This document shows positions 16,598-16,663 of a stretch of DNA of 16,663 bases, piece by piece; position 1 is the first letter of the stretch; every line of letters begins with the position of its first letter. Source of the stretch: an uncultured Nitrososphaerota archaeon. GTDB lineage: Archaea > Asgardarchaeota > Njordarchaeia > Njordarchaeales > Panguiarchaeaceae. The stretch lies in contig CAZWPQ010000036.1 of NCBI GenBank assembly GCA_964636085.1, positions 3,859 to 20,521 of the forward strand. The letters run 5' to 3'. The translations under genes and the position numbers were made by a program. The notes beneath the pieces were generated by a model, which was not told the DNA's origin, ran no database searches, and saw only the letters and a list, made by a program, of their open reading frames with translations.

Positions 16598-16663
16598 CTA
16601 TTTTTGGGCTCCACGACGTCGCAAAATAATCAGCACCACAATAGCAACAACACACACGACTCC
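16598..16663 (-). CDS. 3' end of a membrane-anchored protein whose start lies beyond the window
   Basis: GVVCVVAIVVLIILRRRGAQK* (TM helix plus basic tail), followed on the minus strand by a T-rich tract (TTATTTTTTTCT). Confidence 0.7.
   Translation of the reverse strand, partial: GVVCVVAIVVLIILRRRGAQK

Overview
Archaeal DNA, judged from GGTGA/GAGG ribosome-binding sites, oligo-T terminators and Ile/Lys/Arg/Glu-rich proteins. A longin-like protein suggests an Asgard-like or TACK-related thermophile (inference). The window is an accessory, heavily decayed region. Apparently intact genes: a membrane-anchored surface protein, a RimJ/RimL GNAT acetyltransferase, three toxin-antitoxin pairs of different classes (HEPN-MNT, VapBC, DUF4258-DUF2283), the three-gene archaeal PolB2 operon (inactive RadA-like, small arCOG07300-like, PolB2 with intact polymerase motifs), a LysE-family translocator and a ~715-aa longin-like/alpha-helical protein. 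Reading across stops and frames shows many broken genes the ORF track hides: a NosD/TSP3-repeat surface protein with an in-frame TGA just before its membrane anchor, an ORF resembling the N-L1-PAZ half of an archaeal long Argonaute with a coupled upstream partner, a frameshifted membrane-bound C39/BtrH-like cysteine peptidase, a SAM methyltransferase pseudogene, a diverged second copy of the LysE 3' end bracketing vapBC, and a DUF3795-like remnant. A non-coding block near the right end has a long hairpin and clustered ATGRGACA-like motifs. No rRNA, tRNA, CRISPR array, integrase or transposase was recognised. All family assignments come from motif recognition by eye, not database searches.
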